64,000 bases of DNA from an uncultured Bacteroidales bacterium (GTDB lineage Bacteria > Bacteroidota > Bacteroidia > Bacteroidales > Muribaculaceae): NCBI GenBank assembly GCA_958418815.1, contig CATZGB010000015.1, positions 113 to 64,112 on the forward strand, read 5' to 3'. Below are positions 45,044-54,709 of this stretch, in pieces. The notes beneath the pieces were generated by a model. The model made no database searches, was not told where the DNA came from, and worked only from the letters and a program-made list of their open reading frames with translations. How positions within the stretch are numbered: the stretch's first letter is position 1; each line of letters opens with the position of its first letter. A program made the translations under genes and the position numbers.

Positions 45044-45836
45044 CGGGCCCGCTGCGTTGCGCGGGTTCCTCCCCAATGTGCTGAGGGAGGTCAAGGGAGA
45101 AGTCCCTTTGTATGACAAGCTGGTGCCGTTCCTTGAACTCGCCCAGAAATGGCTTTGCGCCCATTTTCTGCCGGCGAAGCTTGTTTGGTGTTGCGGGACT
45201 CTTGCTGGCCACGCGGTGGCGGTGGAGGCATACCGTCTCGCGGTTCCTCAGCTCGACATTGTCCTTACTCCAAACGGCTTCGCGACTGTCGGTAGCCAGA
45301 ACCTTGTGCCGGCATCCAAGATGCGGACTGACCGACTTGTCGACGGGTTGCTCCGGGAACGTGATGCCGCGCTGGCCTTGCTGCTTCGTGAGCTTCCGTC
45401 TGTGCCCGGTTGGCTGGAATCTCCGCAGGGCCGGTGGTTTTCCGCCACATTCTTCCCGTTCCTTGATGATGTGCTGTGTCCCGAGGTGTTCTCCGGAAGC
45501 TGGAAGAAATATCTCGAGCTTCGTCCTCGTGTGGAATCTGTCGAGTCTGAGGTCGCCGAAAGGTGGTTGTCTCCTGAGCTTTTGGCCGACCTCCGGGTTA
45601 AGCACGTGGCCGGAGTGCTGTCTCCGGTTGAGTTTTCCCTGGTCTCGAGGCTGCGTCCAGTGATTGTCTCCGCGCTTGATGGCACGGATCTCGATGTCGC
45701 GCGCCTTGACTCTTTGGTGGATTTCGTGCGCAAACGTCCATCCGACTTCCCGTTGTGGGTGGACTCGGAGACCGCCCAGTTGTTCAGACCTCCGGTGTTC
45801 CGCAATGAGAAGGACAGTCGCGGTTATTTCTTCTGA
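45027..45836 (+). CDS. Hypothetical head-morphogenesis protein
   Basis: 269-aa ORF overlapping the portal stop. Confidence 0.5.
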   Translation: MELLINGPAALRGFLPNVLREVKGEVPLYDKLVPFLELAQKWLCAHFLPAKLVWCCGTLAGHAVAVEAYRLAVPQLDIVLTPNGFATVGSQNLVPASKMRTDRLVDGLLRERDAALALLLRELPSVPGWLESPQGRWFSATFFPFLDDVLCPEVFSGSWKKYLELRPRVESVESEVAERWLSPELLADLRVKHVAGVLSPVEFSLVSRLRPVIVSALDGTDLDVARLDSLVDFVRKRPSDFPLWVDSETAQLFRPPVFRNEKDSRGYFF

Positions 45837-45840
45837 TGTC

Positions 45841-46581
45841 ATGGAGACGATTGTGCTTGACTTCCGAATCCCGACCGGATGGGAGGCTTTGTCTGACAGG
45901 CAGCTCCGTATGGTTTTCTCAATGTTGGCGGGTCAGTTCTCATCGGAGGAAATCAAATTGTTGTGCTTGTTGAGATGGAACAATGTGAATGTTGCCGCGA
46001 GGGATGGAGACTGTGTGCTGTTGAAGTCCCGGAGGAGTATCTTCCGGGTTGAAGTGTTGGCGTTAGCCGATATATTGCATGCCTTGGATTGGATGGACTC
46101 TTTCCCTGATGTGCCGGTGAGGTTGTCGAGAATCGGGTGGCGCAAGGCCCTGCCGGGGGATTTCGAGGAAGTGCCATTCGGGTCTTTCATTATGGCTGAC
46201 AACCTATACCAAGGTTATCTGGCCACACGGGATGAAGCGTTGCTGGATGATATGGCGGAGGTGCTGTATGGTGGGCGCGTCTCGCTTGGCCCAGCAGAGC
46301 GAGTGTCGGTCTTTTATTGGTTCGCGTCGCTCAAAGGCTTTTTCGCCCGGCGTTTCAGTGATTTCTACCAGTTGGCTGGGGATGATGGCGGCAATCTACT
46401 GGGTGCTTCGCCCGCGTCAGTGGAGGATGCCATGAATGCGCAGATCCGGGCGCTGACGAAAGGGGATATCTCCAAGGAAAAAGAGATTTTGTCGCTTGAC
46501 ACCTGGCGGGCTCTTGCAGAGCTTAACGCGCAGGCCCGCGAATATAAATACATCAATTCAAAATATGGGAAAAATTCTTAA
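45841..46581 (+). CDS. Hypothetical phage protein
   Basis: 246-aa ORF. Confidence 0.5.
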   Translation: METIVLDFRIPTGWEALSDRQLRMVFSMLAGQFSSEEIKLLCLLRWNNVNVAARDGDCVLLKSRRSIFRVEVLALADILHALDWMDSFPDVPVRLSRIGWRKALPGDFEEVPFGSFIMADNLYQGYLATRDEALLDDMAEVLYGGRVSLGPAERVSVFYWFASLKGFFARRFSDFYQLAGDDGGNLLGASPASVEDAMNAQIRALTKGDISKEKEILSLDTWRALAELNAQAREYKYINSKYGKNS

Positions 46582-47065
46582 GGGTACATGGAACGCTGCT
46601 GCGTTTTTCGAGCGTCTGACCGCCAAGAACCGTCTTGCCCGTGGCAATGGGTTCCGTTTCTGTCGTGTGTCGGGGCTTGAGGGGTTCGAGGAAGCGTTGG
46701 CCCAGGCCCAGGATGCCGTCGCGTTTGTTTGTGTCAGTGATGTCGCCGACGGTTATATGGAGCTTAACAATTCACCGCGTACTCGCCGTGTCAAGACTGT
46801 TTTCCTCGCGATGCGGCATGCGGCGGAGGATATGGACGCGAGGGAGGAGTGCATGGATGTCATGCGGGAGCTTTTCCGCCAGTTCGCCTCGGTGCTTGTC
46901 CGGGAAAAGGTGAAGCTGCAGCAGGATTGCATTTATCTCGACCCCAGGATCTCTTTCAATGAGGTCGACAGGTATTTCTTCTCGGGCTGCGCATGCGCTT
47001 ATTTCCAGGTCGCGGTCGATTGTTTCACCGATCTTGGCTTCGACCCCGATGAATGGATCCAGTGA
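46565..47065 (+). CDS. Hypothetical phage protein (connector-region)
   Basis: 166-aa ORF with overlapping starts and stops, as is typical of head-tail joining genes. Confidence 0.5.
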   Translation: MGKILKGTWNAAAFFERLTAKNRLARGNGFRFCRVSGLEGFEEALAQAQDAVAFVCVSDVADGYMELNNSPRTRRVKTVFLAMRHAAEDMDAREECMDVMRELFRQFASVLVREKVKLQQDCIYLDPRISFNEVDRYFFSGCACAYFQVAVDCFTDLGFDPDEWIQ

Positions 47066-47474
47066 CAAGGCCCTGAATGAGCGTCGGAGGTATGTCAATT
47101 CTTTCAATGCCACGATGGTCAAGATCTGGCTTGAGCAAATCGCGGCGCTCGGGGTGGTGGACACGGGGGCTTTGTACCGCTCTGTCGTCGCCTTGGGGGT
47201 GAGGTCGGATGGTAGGTTTACTGAGGTCAGTTTTGCCCACAGGTTCAAGATGTACGGTTTGTTTGTGGACTTCGGTGTCGGGTCGAACACGCCGTTGGGA
47301 AATCCCGGGGACATCGGGCGCGACAATCCACGTGTCAGGCGCAGGTGGTTCTCGAGGAAATATTATGCCTCGATGATGAACATCCGGGAGTTTTATGCCG
47401 AGAATCTCGGGCGGGACATGGCGGACACCGTCTCCAATGCCTTGTCGCGCAATCTGGCAATGAGGTTCGCCTGA
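47049..47474 (+). CDS. Hypothetical phage protein (HK97 gp10-like position)
   Basis: 141-aa ORF. The call rests on position only. Confidence 0.45.
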   Translation: MNGSSDKALNERRRYVNSFNATMVKIWLEQIAALGVVDTGALYRSVVALGVRSDGRFTEVSFAHRFKMYGLFVDFGVGSNTPLGNPGDIGRDNPRVRRRWFSRKYYASMMNIREFYAENLGRDMADTVSNALSRNLAMRFA

Positions 47475-47534
47475 TGCGTCTTTTCCAGGCCAGGGGCTGT
47501 GCCGTAATTTTGTCTTACTCTAATCTTTCTACTT

Positions 47535-49028
47535 ATGGCTAAAGATGTTGCTACGCTGGGGCGGCTCATCACCGATTTCCGGCAAATCCGATCCAAGGAC
47601 TCGGTTTCTCCGGAGTCGCTCGGGTTTCTGCTCCAGTCTATTCTTGACACTATCGATGAGATTGCGTTGCGGCGTGTCGAGTCTGCTGATGCAGCTGTCT
47701 CTGAGCTGGAGTCCAAATTCGCGTCATTGGTGCAACGGTTCGATACTCTGTTGGGCAATAACGCCTCCGAGGCCATCGACAATTTCAATGAGGTCTTGGC
47801 TTTTCTGTCGGGCCTCAAGGACAATGAGCGGTTGGCTTCAACCCTGAATTACCTCCATTCGCGTGTCGCCCAGAATTCTGAAGGCATCACGCGCATTGAC
47901 AAGGAACGTGCTGATGAGCGCAAGGAGGCATCGTCTGTCCTGATGGTCTCCTCTGCCGAATTTGAAGCTGGGGAGGATGCCGTGACGATGTTTATGGGGA
48001 TGGTCAACCTCTTGGGAGAGGCGCGTTTCGCAGACACACATGCGGAGCTTCCGGTGGCATATGGGCCTGTGGCCGGCCAGGGGGCTGTCAGGCCCCAGCC
48101 GGGGCAGGCGGGCATCATCACCGGGGATGATTACAGGCGTTTCGACAGCGCGGCGGAGTTCGCCTCGGGGCTGGCGGACGAGACTGCCATCCGGGACATC
48201 GGCTTCACGGCCTCGGAGGAACAGGTGAGCTTCACGCGTCCCAAGTACCGGCTCAACGGGGGCAACCCGTGGGTTGACGGGGATGGAAACCCGGAGGCTG
48301 TGCCGGTCAATGGCCTGTGGCCTTTCCCGATGGCCTCCGGGACTCAGGCGGGGGCGATCACCGCCGCGCAGGCGCGGGCCATCGCTGACTCGCCCGAGCT
48401 TGCTTTCCGCGAGCTGTGGAGGTCGGCAGGCTGCTCTGTCGACGAGGCGGCGGAGTCGTCGGAGATGTATGTCTGCAACGGGCTTGGGATGTCGTGCGCC
48501 GAGGCCCGGGCGGTCTACGCCGCCGGGGTGATGACAAACGCGGACGGTGTGCCGTTTTATCATTACAAGAATATCCGCACCCATCTCCCGGGCAACATCA
48601 ACTTTGGTGTGATAACCGGAGTCCGCACGTTCCAGAACTCGCAGGTGGAGGTGGTGAGGCTGAACCTGCTGAACCCGGGAAGCTGTTGCTTCAACACTTG
48701 CCTCAAGCTAAGGTCTATAACCGTGTACAGCCAAGGTTCCAGCGGCGGCGACGCATTCATGGGGTGTCCCGCCTTGGAGACATTGACTTTTTACGGGGAG
48801 GTTACCCCGGGGAAAAGCTTTGACGTGTCTCAAAGCCCCAAGATTTCCCTGGTCTCGTGGCAGGGCATCATCAGCAAGGCGCGGGCAGGCTCGGCGGCCA
48901 TGACCATCACCGTCCACCCCGATGTCTACGCCAAGATGACCGACACGGATTCTTTGACGGCTGACTTCCGTTGGCTGGAGCTTCCTGTGCTGGCTGCGGA
49001 GAAAAACATAACATTCACGACAAAATGA
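47535..49028 (+). CDS. Structural protein with C-terminal leucine-rich-repeat-like (BspA-type) region
   Basis: 497 aa. The N-terminus is coiled coil. The C-terminal FQNSQVEVVRLNLLNPGSCCFNTCLKLRSITVY...FMGCPALETLTFYG resembles BspA-like LRRs. Confidence 0.5.
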   Translation: MAKDVATLGRLITDFRQIRSKDSVSPESLGFLLQSILDTIDEIALRRVESADAAVSELESKFASLVQRFDTLLGNNASEAIDNFNEVLAFLSGLKDNERLASTLNYLHSRVAQNSEGITRIDKERADERKEASSVLMVSSAEFEAGEDAVTMFMGMVNLLGEARFADTHAELPVAYGPVAGQGAVRPQPGQAGIITGDDYRRFDSAAEFASGLADETAIRDIGFTASEEQVSFTRPKYRLNGGNPWVDGDGNPEAVPVNGLWPFPMASGTQAGAITAAQARAIADSPELAFRELWRSAGCSVDEAAESSEMYVCNGLGMSCAEARAVYAAGVMTNADGVPFYHYKNIRTHLPGNINFGVITGVRTFQNSQVEVVRLNLLNPGSCCFNTCLKLRSITVYSQGSSGGDAFMGCPALETLTFYGEVTPGKSFDVSQSPKISLVSWQGIISKARAGSAAMTITVHPDVYAKMTDTDSLTADFRWLELPVLAAEKNITFTTK

Positions 49029-49034
49029 TGACAT

Positions 49035-49400
49035 ATGGAAAAGATGGAACAGCTTAACGGGATGGTGGAGCTTGTGGCGGGGCCAGATATGTGGCTCCAC
49101 CTGAAAGGGACTGACACCTATGTGAGGCGCGTGCCGGTGCTGGCCGCCCGGGTGGGGGAGTGGGAGGAGGTTGACTCGGCCCCGGCCTACACCAAGGGGG
49201 ATTATGACCGGGAGGTGGAGCGGCTGATTGCCGAGCGTTACACCACCGGCCAGGAGATACAGTTTGCCCGCGAGAAGGAGGAGGCGGGGGAGAAGTACAC
49301 CGAGTACCTGGCCTATGTCGAGGCCTGCAAGCTCAGGGCCGTCGAGAACCTGACGGGGTATGACAACAACGACGATTCATCTCAAACCACACGACTATGA
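49035..49400 (+). CDS. Hypothetical phage protein
   Basis: 121-aa ORF. Confidence 0.5.
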   Translation: MEKMEQLNGMVELVAGPDMWLHLKGTDTYVRRVPVLAARVGEWEEVDSAPAYTKGDYDREVERLIAERYTTGQEIQFAREKEEAGEKYTEYLAYVEACKLRAVENLTGYDNNDDSSQTTRL

Positions 49401-49993
49401 CCAGCCAGGTTTTCTACAAGAACGATTTCACTTGCCCCATCCGGCTGCTCGACCGCGATGGCGCAGAGGTGGTTGTGGGTGACCGCGATTTCACCGCGGT
49501 CTTCCACACCGGATTACGAAAGCGGCCCCCGGCTCCCGGACAGCCGGGATCGCGATACACGGCCTCCCGCGTCGGTGGCCGGCTGGAGAACTGCACTGTC
49601 GGCGACGACGGGCGCATAACGGCGGTGTTCGACAACCACGGACTCCCGCCAGGCCCCCTCCATTGTGAGCTTGCCGTGCTGACGCCCGATGACCAGTTTC
49701 CCGACGGCAACCGCCGCGCCGTGTTCCGGGGTTACCTCGGCGTGATGCTCTCGGTCAATCCGGGCGACACCGGCGAGGCTGATTGCACACTCCATCTCAA
49801 ATACGCCCAAGGGGTGGTCGATGTCTTGGGCCACATCGAGCTTGTCAGCGACAGGGCCGTCTACCGCGTCCCGGTGACCGGTGAGGCCGCGACCCGCGAG
49901 GAGCTGCCCGCCCTGTCATACGGGTATGGTTATTACGGCTATGGCAATTATGGGTCAAATCAACCGATAGGTCTTGGTGTATGGGACGACTGA
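49397..49993 (+). CDS. Hypothetical phage protein
   Basis: 198-aa ORF with an ATGA overlap with the upstream gene. Confidence 0.5.
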   Translation: MTSQVFYKNDFTCPIRLLDRDGAEVVVGDRDFTAVFHTGLRKRPPAPGQPGSRYTASRVGGRLENCTVGDDGRITAVFDNHGLPPGPLHCELAVLTPDDQFPDGNRRAVFRGYLGVMLSVNPGDTGEADCTLHLKYAQGVVDVLGHIELVSDRAVYRVPVTGEAATREELPALSYGYGYYGYGNYGSNQPIGLGVWDD

Positions 49994-50839
49994 GGCTGAT
50001 GCATTCGTTCAGTTGTCGCCCGATGGCGATAGACTGTTACGGGGTCGACCGGCTCTCCAAGCTTGTCGGAGGGGTGTGGTTCTCGGCCCTGTCTGTGGCT
50101 TACGCCCTGCGCAGCGGGGCTGACATCGTGCTGCACACCGACACCCTCGGGGCGGCCCTTCTGGGCCACCTGCCGTATTCCGAGATTCATCTGACGCTCG
50201 ACTCGATGCCTGATGACATCCATCCCCGTTTCTGGGCCGCCGGCAAGATATTCGCGTTGCAGGCCGAGGAGCCTGGCACGGTGCATATCGACGGCGACGT
50301 GTTCATCAAACGCGCGTCCCTGGTGGATGACATCGCGGCTCCCGGGTGGGACTTCATCGCCCAGAGCGTCGAGGACGAGTCCTCCAGGCATTGCTACGAG
50401 ATGGAGGTTCCGGTGTTCGCCCCTGATGCCGGGGCTTGCCATTCGCGGGGGGTTCCACTTCGAGACTTACGGGGCCTACAACACCGGGGTTATTGGGTTC
50501 CGCGACCGCGCGCTGCGGGATGAGTTCTGCTCCACATATGTCACGCTTGCGAAGCATTTCAGCAGGTTGTCGCGCCGCATGCTCGACGAGAATCCCGTGC
50601 AGACCCCGGACATAATGCTGGAGCAGCGTTTCGTCATGCAGCTCTGCGCCCGCCACGGCAGCCGGGTCAAGCTGGTGCTTCCCCACTATGGCCTTTGGGG
50701 CGACACCGCCGCCGCGATAGGCTACCAGCACATAGTCACCGCCGCGAAATACAACCTTGTGGGGAAAGTCAAGGAGACCCTTGCCAAGGTGTCCCCGGAA
50801 ATCCACCAATCAACATTGAAGCTATGCCAGAATCTTTGA
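49981..50839 (+). pseudogene. Gene split by a +1 frame change at a G6 tract (glycosyltransferase-like hints)
   Basis: Frame A (49981-50523) and frame B (to 50839) both look coding and join at gggggg (50447-50452). Removing one G gives ...ACHSRGFHFETYGAYNTGVIGF... as one ~285-aa ORF. Confidence 0.6.
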
Positions 50840-51996
50840 GACAAATAATCATCCCTGCCGCCGACGGCTCGCGGAACGTGTTGTCGCTGCTCACCGTCGA
50901 AGACCTCCGGGAGCCGCTGGCGAAACTCTCCGCCATCGCGGAGTTTTACGACATTCTGATGTCAGGAGGGCCCAAGGCCCTCGCTGAACATATCATCCGC
51001 TATGCGGTTTCTCTCCCGGCGGGTAATTATGACCCAATGCTCCATGTGGCCGAACACCTGTGTCCTGGCATCCTCGCCAGTCTCTACGAGGCATATGGCG
51101 GCTTGACGGCACGGGAGATAGCCGACCATTTTCCAGATGTGGTGGCCATTGTTGCCCCCGCAGATGCTTGTTTCGTGGAGAAGTATAGCGGGGAGTACGG
51201 GGCCGGAGGCGTGTATTTCGCTTCAAATGGACTTCTCCTGGATTCCTGTATGTCCAAAGCTGCACGTTACCACTTCCCTCAGCCAAGATGTGTGGATTCC
51301 ATCCGTTATTGGAATTTCTCGACATGTCCCAGTCTCGAGATTTCCGAGGTGGATCATGCCTCACTTGACAAGGAAGCCATTCCGTACCTGCCCCCAAAAT
51401 CCATATCCGGTTTGACAAACCTGAGGGCATGCAGTTCGTTGAGACTCATCGATGGCTCTGGCAGAAGCAGGCTGGAGCGGGTTGAAGGATATGGATGTGA
51501 AATAGAAGACCGTCCATCATCCTCGGCCGCCTTCCGTTATGCGTTCCAAGACTGGGCTTCCTCAGGAAATCCTGACAATGAGGTGGATTTGTTGTCGCTT
51601 CCCGCCGAGTGGCAAACCGGTGGCTTGGATATAGATTGTATGTGTGCCGGACTGAGGAATGTCCGGACGTTCCCATTTTTGTCAGTTAACGGTTGCGCGG
51701 GAGCGTACTTGTTCCAGCGGAATCCTGACCGCCCACCTTATGAGACAGGCCCGTCACGCCGATGTGTTGTCGTCGGTATTGGCTCGTATGGCGCTGCCTC
51801 ATCTCCGCAGACCGACCTGTCAGGCCTTGTCGGCTGGACCTTGGCAGACATGAATATGTCGCTGAACAACACCGCGTCCAAGGCAGCCGTGTCGGGCTGG
51901 CGCATACTGCTGAGCAAGGACTGCTACTCGCGGCTGTCCTCGACGATGCTCGCGTCGCTCACGCGCAAGGGCTTCACGGTTGTCAACGCCGGATGA
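50824..51996 (+). CDS. Hypothetical phage protein
   Basis: 390-aa ORF from MPESLRQIII. Confidence 0.5.
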   Translation: MPESLRQIIIPAADGSRNVLSLLTVEDLREPLAKLSAIAEFYDILMSGGPKALAEHIIRYAVSLPAGNYDPMLHVAEHLCPGILASLYEAYGGLTAREIADHFPDVVAIVAPADACFVEKYSGEYGAGGVYFASNGLLLDSCMSKAARYHFPQPRCVDSIRYWNFSTCPSLEISEVDHASLDKEAIPYLPPKSISGLTNLRACSSLRLIDGSGRSRLERVEGYGCEIEDRPSSSAAFRYAFQDWASSGNPDNEVDLLSLPAEWQTGGLDIDCMCAGLRNVRTFPFLSVNGCAGAYLFQRNPDRPPYETGPSRRCVVVGIGSYGAASSPQTDLSGLVGWTLADMNMSLNNTASKAAVSGWRILLSKDCYSRLSSTMLASLTRKGFTVVNAG

Positions 51997-52043
51997 CGGC
52001 CCGGGCCGCTGTTTTTTGTGTAACCATCAAAACCATTTCATCA

Positions 52044-52334
52044 ATGAAAGAGACAGAATACTCAGTTAGGATGCTTGTCCCCGAGGAGGGGCACCTGCTC
52101 ACCCAGTCATCCCCCGACATCGCGATGGCGCGCCGCGTGGTGGCCGAGGAGGTCGCCCTGGCCTCCGGGGAGTCGCCCGACGACTGGAAAGAAATCACAG
52201 TCGAGGAGGGGGAGGCCCTGCGCCGCGAGATATTCGCCGCGACCCAGGAAGAGTTCATGCAGGCCCAGGCCGAGGCGGAAGCCCAGGCCGCCGGCGCGGT
52301 GGAACCTGGAAACACCGGGGAATGGAACTCCTGA
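52044..52334 (+). CDS. Hypothetical small acidic protein
   Basis: 96-aa ORF. Confidence 0.45.
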   Translation: MKETEYSVRMLVPEEGHLLTQSSPDIAMARRVVAEEVALASGESPDDWKEITVEEGEALRREIFAATQEEFMQAQAEAEAQAAGAVEPGNTGEWNS

Positions 52335-52894
52335 ACGGCATGACGGCGCTGCTGGTCGGGCTGCTGGGCTGCGGCAGCGTCACGGGCATAGTGGCGTATG
52401 TGCTGCACCGGGCCGCCGAGAAGCGTATAAGGATGGCTGAGGCGCGGGTGCGGGAGGCTGAGGCGCGTCTTGCCGAGGCGAATGTGGAGAAGGCGCGCTG
52501 GGAGAGGTATGAACACCAGCTCGACCACGCGGCCAAGACCAATGAGAAGCTGCACAGTATGCTGGAGCGCGACGCGGAGGAGCTGCGTGACAAGACCGAC
52601 CGCATAAGGGAGCTGACCGACAAGATGCTGGTGTCAGAGGGGAAGCTGGATGACGCGAACCTCAGGATTGCCAGGCTCACTGAGCAGCGCGACACGGAGC
52701 GGCTGCTCAAGGAGCGTTACAAGGGGTGGCACTGCCGCTCGTCGGTCTGCCAGGAGGGGAGTCCCGACCCCAAGGGGAGGCGGCCTCCAAATCCTCGCAT
52801 CATCGGCAAGCGGTTCACGCTGCGCGACATCACCGAATCACAATCGAACGAACCGTCATCTGACGAACCATCACAAAACGACACTGACAAATGA
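52322..52894 (+). CDS. N-terminal TM plus coiled-coil protein (holin or i-spanin-like lysis accessory)
   Basis: TM segment ALLVGLLGCGSVTGIVAYVL, then a heptad-rich ~100 aa. It sits immediately upstream of the endolysin with an ATGA overlap. Confidence 0.5.
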   Translation: MELLNGMTALLVGLLGCGSVTGIVAYVLHRAAEKRIRMAEARVREAEARLAEANVEKARWERYEHQLDHAAKTNEKLHSMLERDAEELRDKTDRIRELTDKMLVSEGKLDDANLRIARLTEQRDTERLLKERYKGWHCRSSVCQEGSPDPKGRRPPNPRIIGKRFTLRDITESQSNEPSSDEPSQNDTDK

Positions 52895-53307
52895 GATTTT
52901 TCACAATCGAAGAGTTATGCAAGTCTGACACGGCCGCCCGTCGCGGCATCGACAACACACCCACGCCTGAGGCCGAGGCGAGCCTGCGGGCGCTTGTGGA
53001 AAACATTCTCGACCCGTTGCGCGCCCAGTGGGGCGGCCCGTTGACGGTGACCTCTGGTTACCGCTGCGTGGCCCTGAACAGGGCCGTGGGCGGGGCTGTC
53101 TCCTCCCAGCATATGAGGGGGGAGGCCGCCGACATAACCGCCGGCTCGCGCGAGGCGAACATGCGCCTGTTCAAGTTGATCCAGTCCATGAGGCTCCCCT
53201 TTGACCAGCTCATTTTCGAGAAAGGCAACAGGGCGGTCGGGCCTGACTGGGTGCATGTCTCATTCTGCGCCTCCCGTCGCCGCGGGCAGGTGCTTTACAT
53301 CTCCTGA
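52891..53307 (+). CDS. Endolysin, peptidase M15 (VanY/L-Ala-D-Glu peptidase type)
   Basis: SGYRC..LN, then SQHMRGEAADI (HxxxxxxD), then DWVHVS, the Zn-binding triad pattern. Confidence 0.85.
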   Translation: MRFFTIEELCKSDTAARRGIDNTPTPEAEASLRALVENILDPLRAQWGGPLTVTSGYRCVALNRAVGGAVSSQHMRGEAADITAGSREANMRLFKLIQSMRLPFDQLIFEKGNRAVGPDWVHVSFCASRRRGQVLYIS

Positions 53308-53310
53308 GCC

Positions 53311-53832
53311 ATGCGGGGCGCGCATCCATTGGCGGGGTTCTGGCTGTCGACGGCCCTGTCGTTGTTTGTCATCCTTTCGCTGGCCATGCTGCCCGCGTCG
53401 TGCCGGACTAAGAAGTCTGCCGCGTCGTCGGAGGCCTCCTGGTCTGAGACGCGCGGCTCGGGGGCGGTCACGGTTGTCTCCGGCTCGGTCGACTGGCGGC
53501 GGCTGCTGCTGTCGTGGGTGGCCGACTCCACGACGCTCCGGCTGAGAGCCGACAGCATCGTCACCCCCGGCGGGACGGTCATCCACAACCCCACCATCGA
53601 CACCTCCGCCTCGGGCCCCCGTCTCGACCTCGCGGGGGAGTCGGCCAGCTCAAAGGCCGACTCCATCCACGCCGAGGCCGCGGGCGAGAGCCTGTCATCC
53701 GTTTCTGCCGCCGAGGATTCCGCCACCGACTCCGTCGTTGTGGCCGAGCCTCCCGACTGGCGGATGTGGCTGCCGCTGGCGCTGGTGGTCGGCGCGGGGG
53801 CGGTCGGCATCTGGCTCTCCAGGCGGAAATAA
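53311..53832 (+). CDS. Unimolecular-spanin-like protein (N-terminal lipoprotein signal plus C-terminal TM)
   Basis: LSLAMLPASC is lipobox-like. The C-terminal WLPLALVVGAGAVGIWLSRRK is a TM segment. It lies directly after the endolysin. Confidence 0.55.
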   Translation: MRGAHPLAGFWLSTALSLFVILSLAMLPASCRTKKSAASSEASWSETRGSGAVTVVSGSVDWRRLLLSWVADSTTLRLRADSIVTPGGTVIHNPTIDTSASGPRLDLAGESASSKADSIHAEAAGESLSSVSAAEDSATDSVVVAEPPDWRMWLPLALVVGAGAVGIWLSRRK

Positions 53833-53835
53833 AGA

Positions 53836-53871
53836 ATGCCCCCGCAGGCCGTTACCGGTCTGCGGGGGCAT
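53836..53871. terminator. Perfect 12-bp hairpin between convergent genes
   Basis: atgcccccgcag / ctgcgggggcat. Confidence 0.7.
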
Positions 53872-53955
53872 CTGTCTTAAGAAATCAATGAGTTGCTTTA
53901 ATTGAGGTTTGTTGGATGATATGACTTATCCCGTTGAGAGAATCGGTTGAATGTG

Positions 53956-54372
53956 TCACACTGTTGCCAGCTCGTTGCCCAACGCGCGTAACGCGTCCTT
54001 GATCTGCGCGACCCGCAAGTCGCTCGGGTTCTTTATGCCGTAGATGTATTTCGACAATAGGCTCTTGTTTATCCCGATGTTACGCGCTATCTCCGACACG
54101 TTTAGTTGTGGGAACCGCTTGAAAATGGCTGCCACCTCGTTTGTCGCGTCTGGCTCTGTTGTATCATAAAAGCTTGAGATGTGGATGTCCTCGTCTATGG
54201 CTTTCCATCTCAATGCCTCCCCTCCCATCTCGATGGTGTACTCCTCGCGTTGCGCGGCCGAGGCCTCTTTCAGTATCGGGAAAGCCTCGAGGGGACGGCT
54301 GTGAATCTCGTCAGCGTCGGTGCGGATGTAAATGCGGTCTGGCGTGAACCATACATTGGCTATTCTTTCCAT
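53956..54372 (-). CDS. DUF2442-like protein with C-terminal HTH (putative antitoxin)
   Basis: WFTPDRIYIRTDADE...GGEALRWKAIDEDIHISSF follows the DUF2442 pattern. The C-terminal NVSEIARNIGINKSLLSKYIYG is an HTH. Confidence 0.65.
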   Translation of the reverse strand: MERIANVWFTPDRIYIRTDADEIHSRPLEAFPILKEASAAQREEYTIEMGGEALRWKAIDEDIHISSFYDTTEPDATNEVAAIFKRFPQLNVSEIARNIGINKSLLSKYIYGIKNPSDLRVAQIKDALRALGNELATV

Positions 54373-54375
54373 AAT

Positions 54376-54609
54376 TCATTTGCAATATTCGTTCCACATT
54401 TCCATTATCTCGTCATGGTATTTTTCCACAAGGTCTAACGCGGTGGAAATCTCTTTAGGCTTCAATCCGGAGTTGGACATCACCTTTATCTCCGGCTCGA
54501 CCTGTATCTTCGCCGACGCGTCGCCTTTTACGACATGTAAATGCACCGGGAGATGGTCGCCGGAAAAGAAGTAGCCGCGAAGTCCTAATATCTCAAATAC
54601 TGTTGGCAT
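54376..54609 (-). CDS. DUF4160-like protein (putative toxin partner)
   Basis: YFFSGDHLPVHLHVVKGDASAKI matches the DUF4160 pattern. It is adjacent to a DUF2442 gene. Confidence 0.65.
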   Translation of the reverse strand: MPTVFEILGLRGYFFSGDHLPVHLHVVKGDASAKIQVEPEIKVMSNSGLKPKEISTALDLVEKYHDEIMEMWNEYCK

Positions 54610-54633
54610 GATTTCGTGGTTTTGTTTGCATCA

Positions 54634-54641
54634 CAAAGATA
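54634..54641 (-). promoter_or_regulatory. -7 box TATCTTTG for the DUF4160/DUF2442 operon
   Basis: Plus-strand caaagata lies about 25 nt upstream of the ATG at 54609. Confidence 0.5.
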
Positions 54642-54709
54642 GGGATAAATTTTTATCCCCGCAAGAAAATCACGATTTTTTTCAGATTTGTTTGCCGGTT
54701 CCGGAATTG

